This document shows positions 26,507 through 26,674 of a stretch of DNA of 26,674 nt, one piece after another; the stretch's first letter is position 1; each line of letters opens with the position of its first letter. Under the pieces are notes generated by a model, which had not been told where the DNA came from, ran no database searches, and saw only the letters and a list, made by a program, of their open reading frames with translations. The stretch covers positions 1 to 26,674 of the forward strand of contig JBDQPD010000042.1 in NCBI GenBank assembly GCA_040260805.1. The letters are read 5' to 3'. The DNA comes from Myxococcota bacterium (GTDB lineage: Bacteria; Myxococcota; UBA4151). A program made the translations under genes and the position numbers.

Positions 26507-26674
26507 GGTTTAGGCACCTTCCTCGGTGTCTTTACGCCGACGATCCTCACCATCCTCGGCGTGATCATGTACCTGCGCTCCGGCGGGGTGATCGGCAACG
26601 ACGGTATCTGATCTGCCTTGATCCTCGTCGTGTGGTGGGCTGCCGCCCGTAATAACGGTGATTTGATGCTGACG
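26507..26674 (+). pseudogene. Disrupted N-terminal fragment of an APC-superfamily / cation-chloride cotransporter-like permease
   Basis: The frame from 26507 reads GLGTFLGVFTPTILTILGVIMYLRSGGVIGNDGI*SALILVV, resembling TM1 of the CCC family. It is flanked by in-frame TAG (26504-26506) and TGA (26609-26611), and is absent from the ORF track. Confidence 0.65.

Noticed and set aside
26499..26510. 12-bp palindrome AACCCTAGGGTT
   Set aside because: It lies in the disrupted terminal region, has no second copy or clear context, and may be chance or an artefact.

Overview
A gene-dense, GC-rich bacterial window, most likely from a Myxococcota/deltaproteobacterial lineage (many Cys-lipobox lipoproteins with Asp-Ala-Gly linkers, a MYXO-CTERM-like sorting tail, thrombospondin type-3 repeats). 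It holds about 20 protein genes; I saw no RNA genes, mobile elements or CRISPR arrays. Four themes stand out. (1) A dispersed steroid/lipid catabolic set: steroid 5-alpha-reductase, a translationally coupled fadA-fadJ-ketosteroid dehydrogenase operon, an AMACR-like family III CoA-transferase, a KshA/Neverland-like Rieske oxygenase and a lipase. The fadA operon and the Rieske gene each have, 25-30 bp upstream, a 14-bp site matching the actinobacterial cholesterol-regulator KstR consensus TnnAACnnGTTnnA. The dehydrogenase is interrupted by one in-frame TAG. (2) A tightly packed six-gene envelope redox/copper operon: FixH/YtkA-like lipoprotein, CX6CH cytochrome-like lipoprotein, pentaheme cytochrome c, MbnP, MbnH-like di-heme enzyme and a GAF-type fRMsr. 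(3) A GH105/88 plus heparinase II/III-like lyase lipoprotein pair. (4) A 951-aa TSP3-repeat/NIDO-like/zinc-protease lipoprotein. menB and murB are housekeeping genes, and a broken cation-chloride-cotransporter-like fragment ends the window. All family calls come from motif recognition by eye, not database searches.
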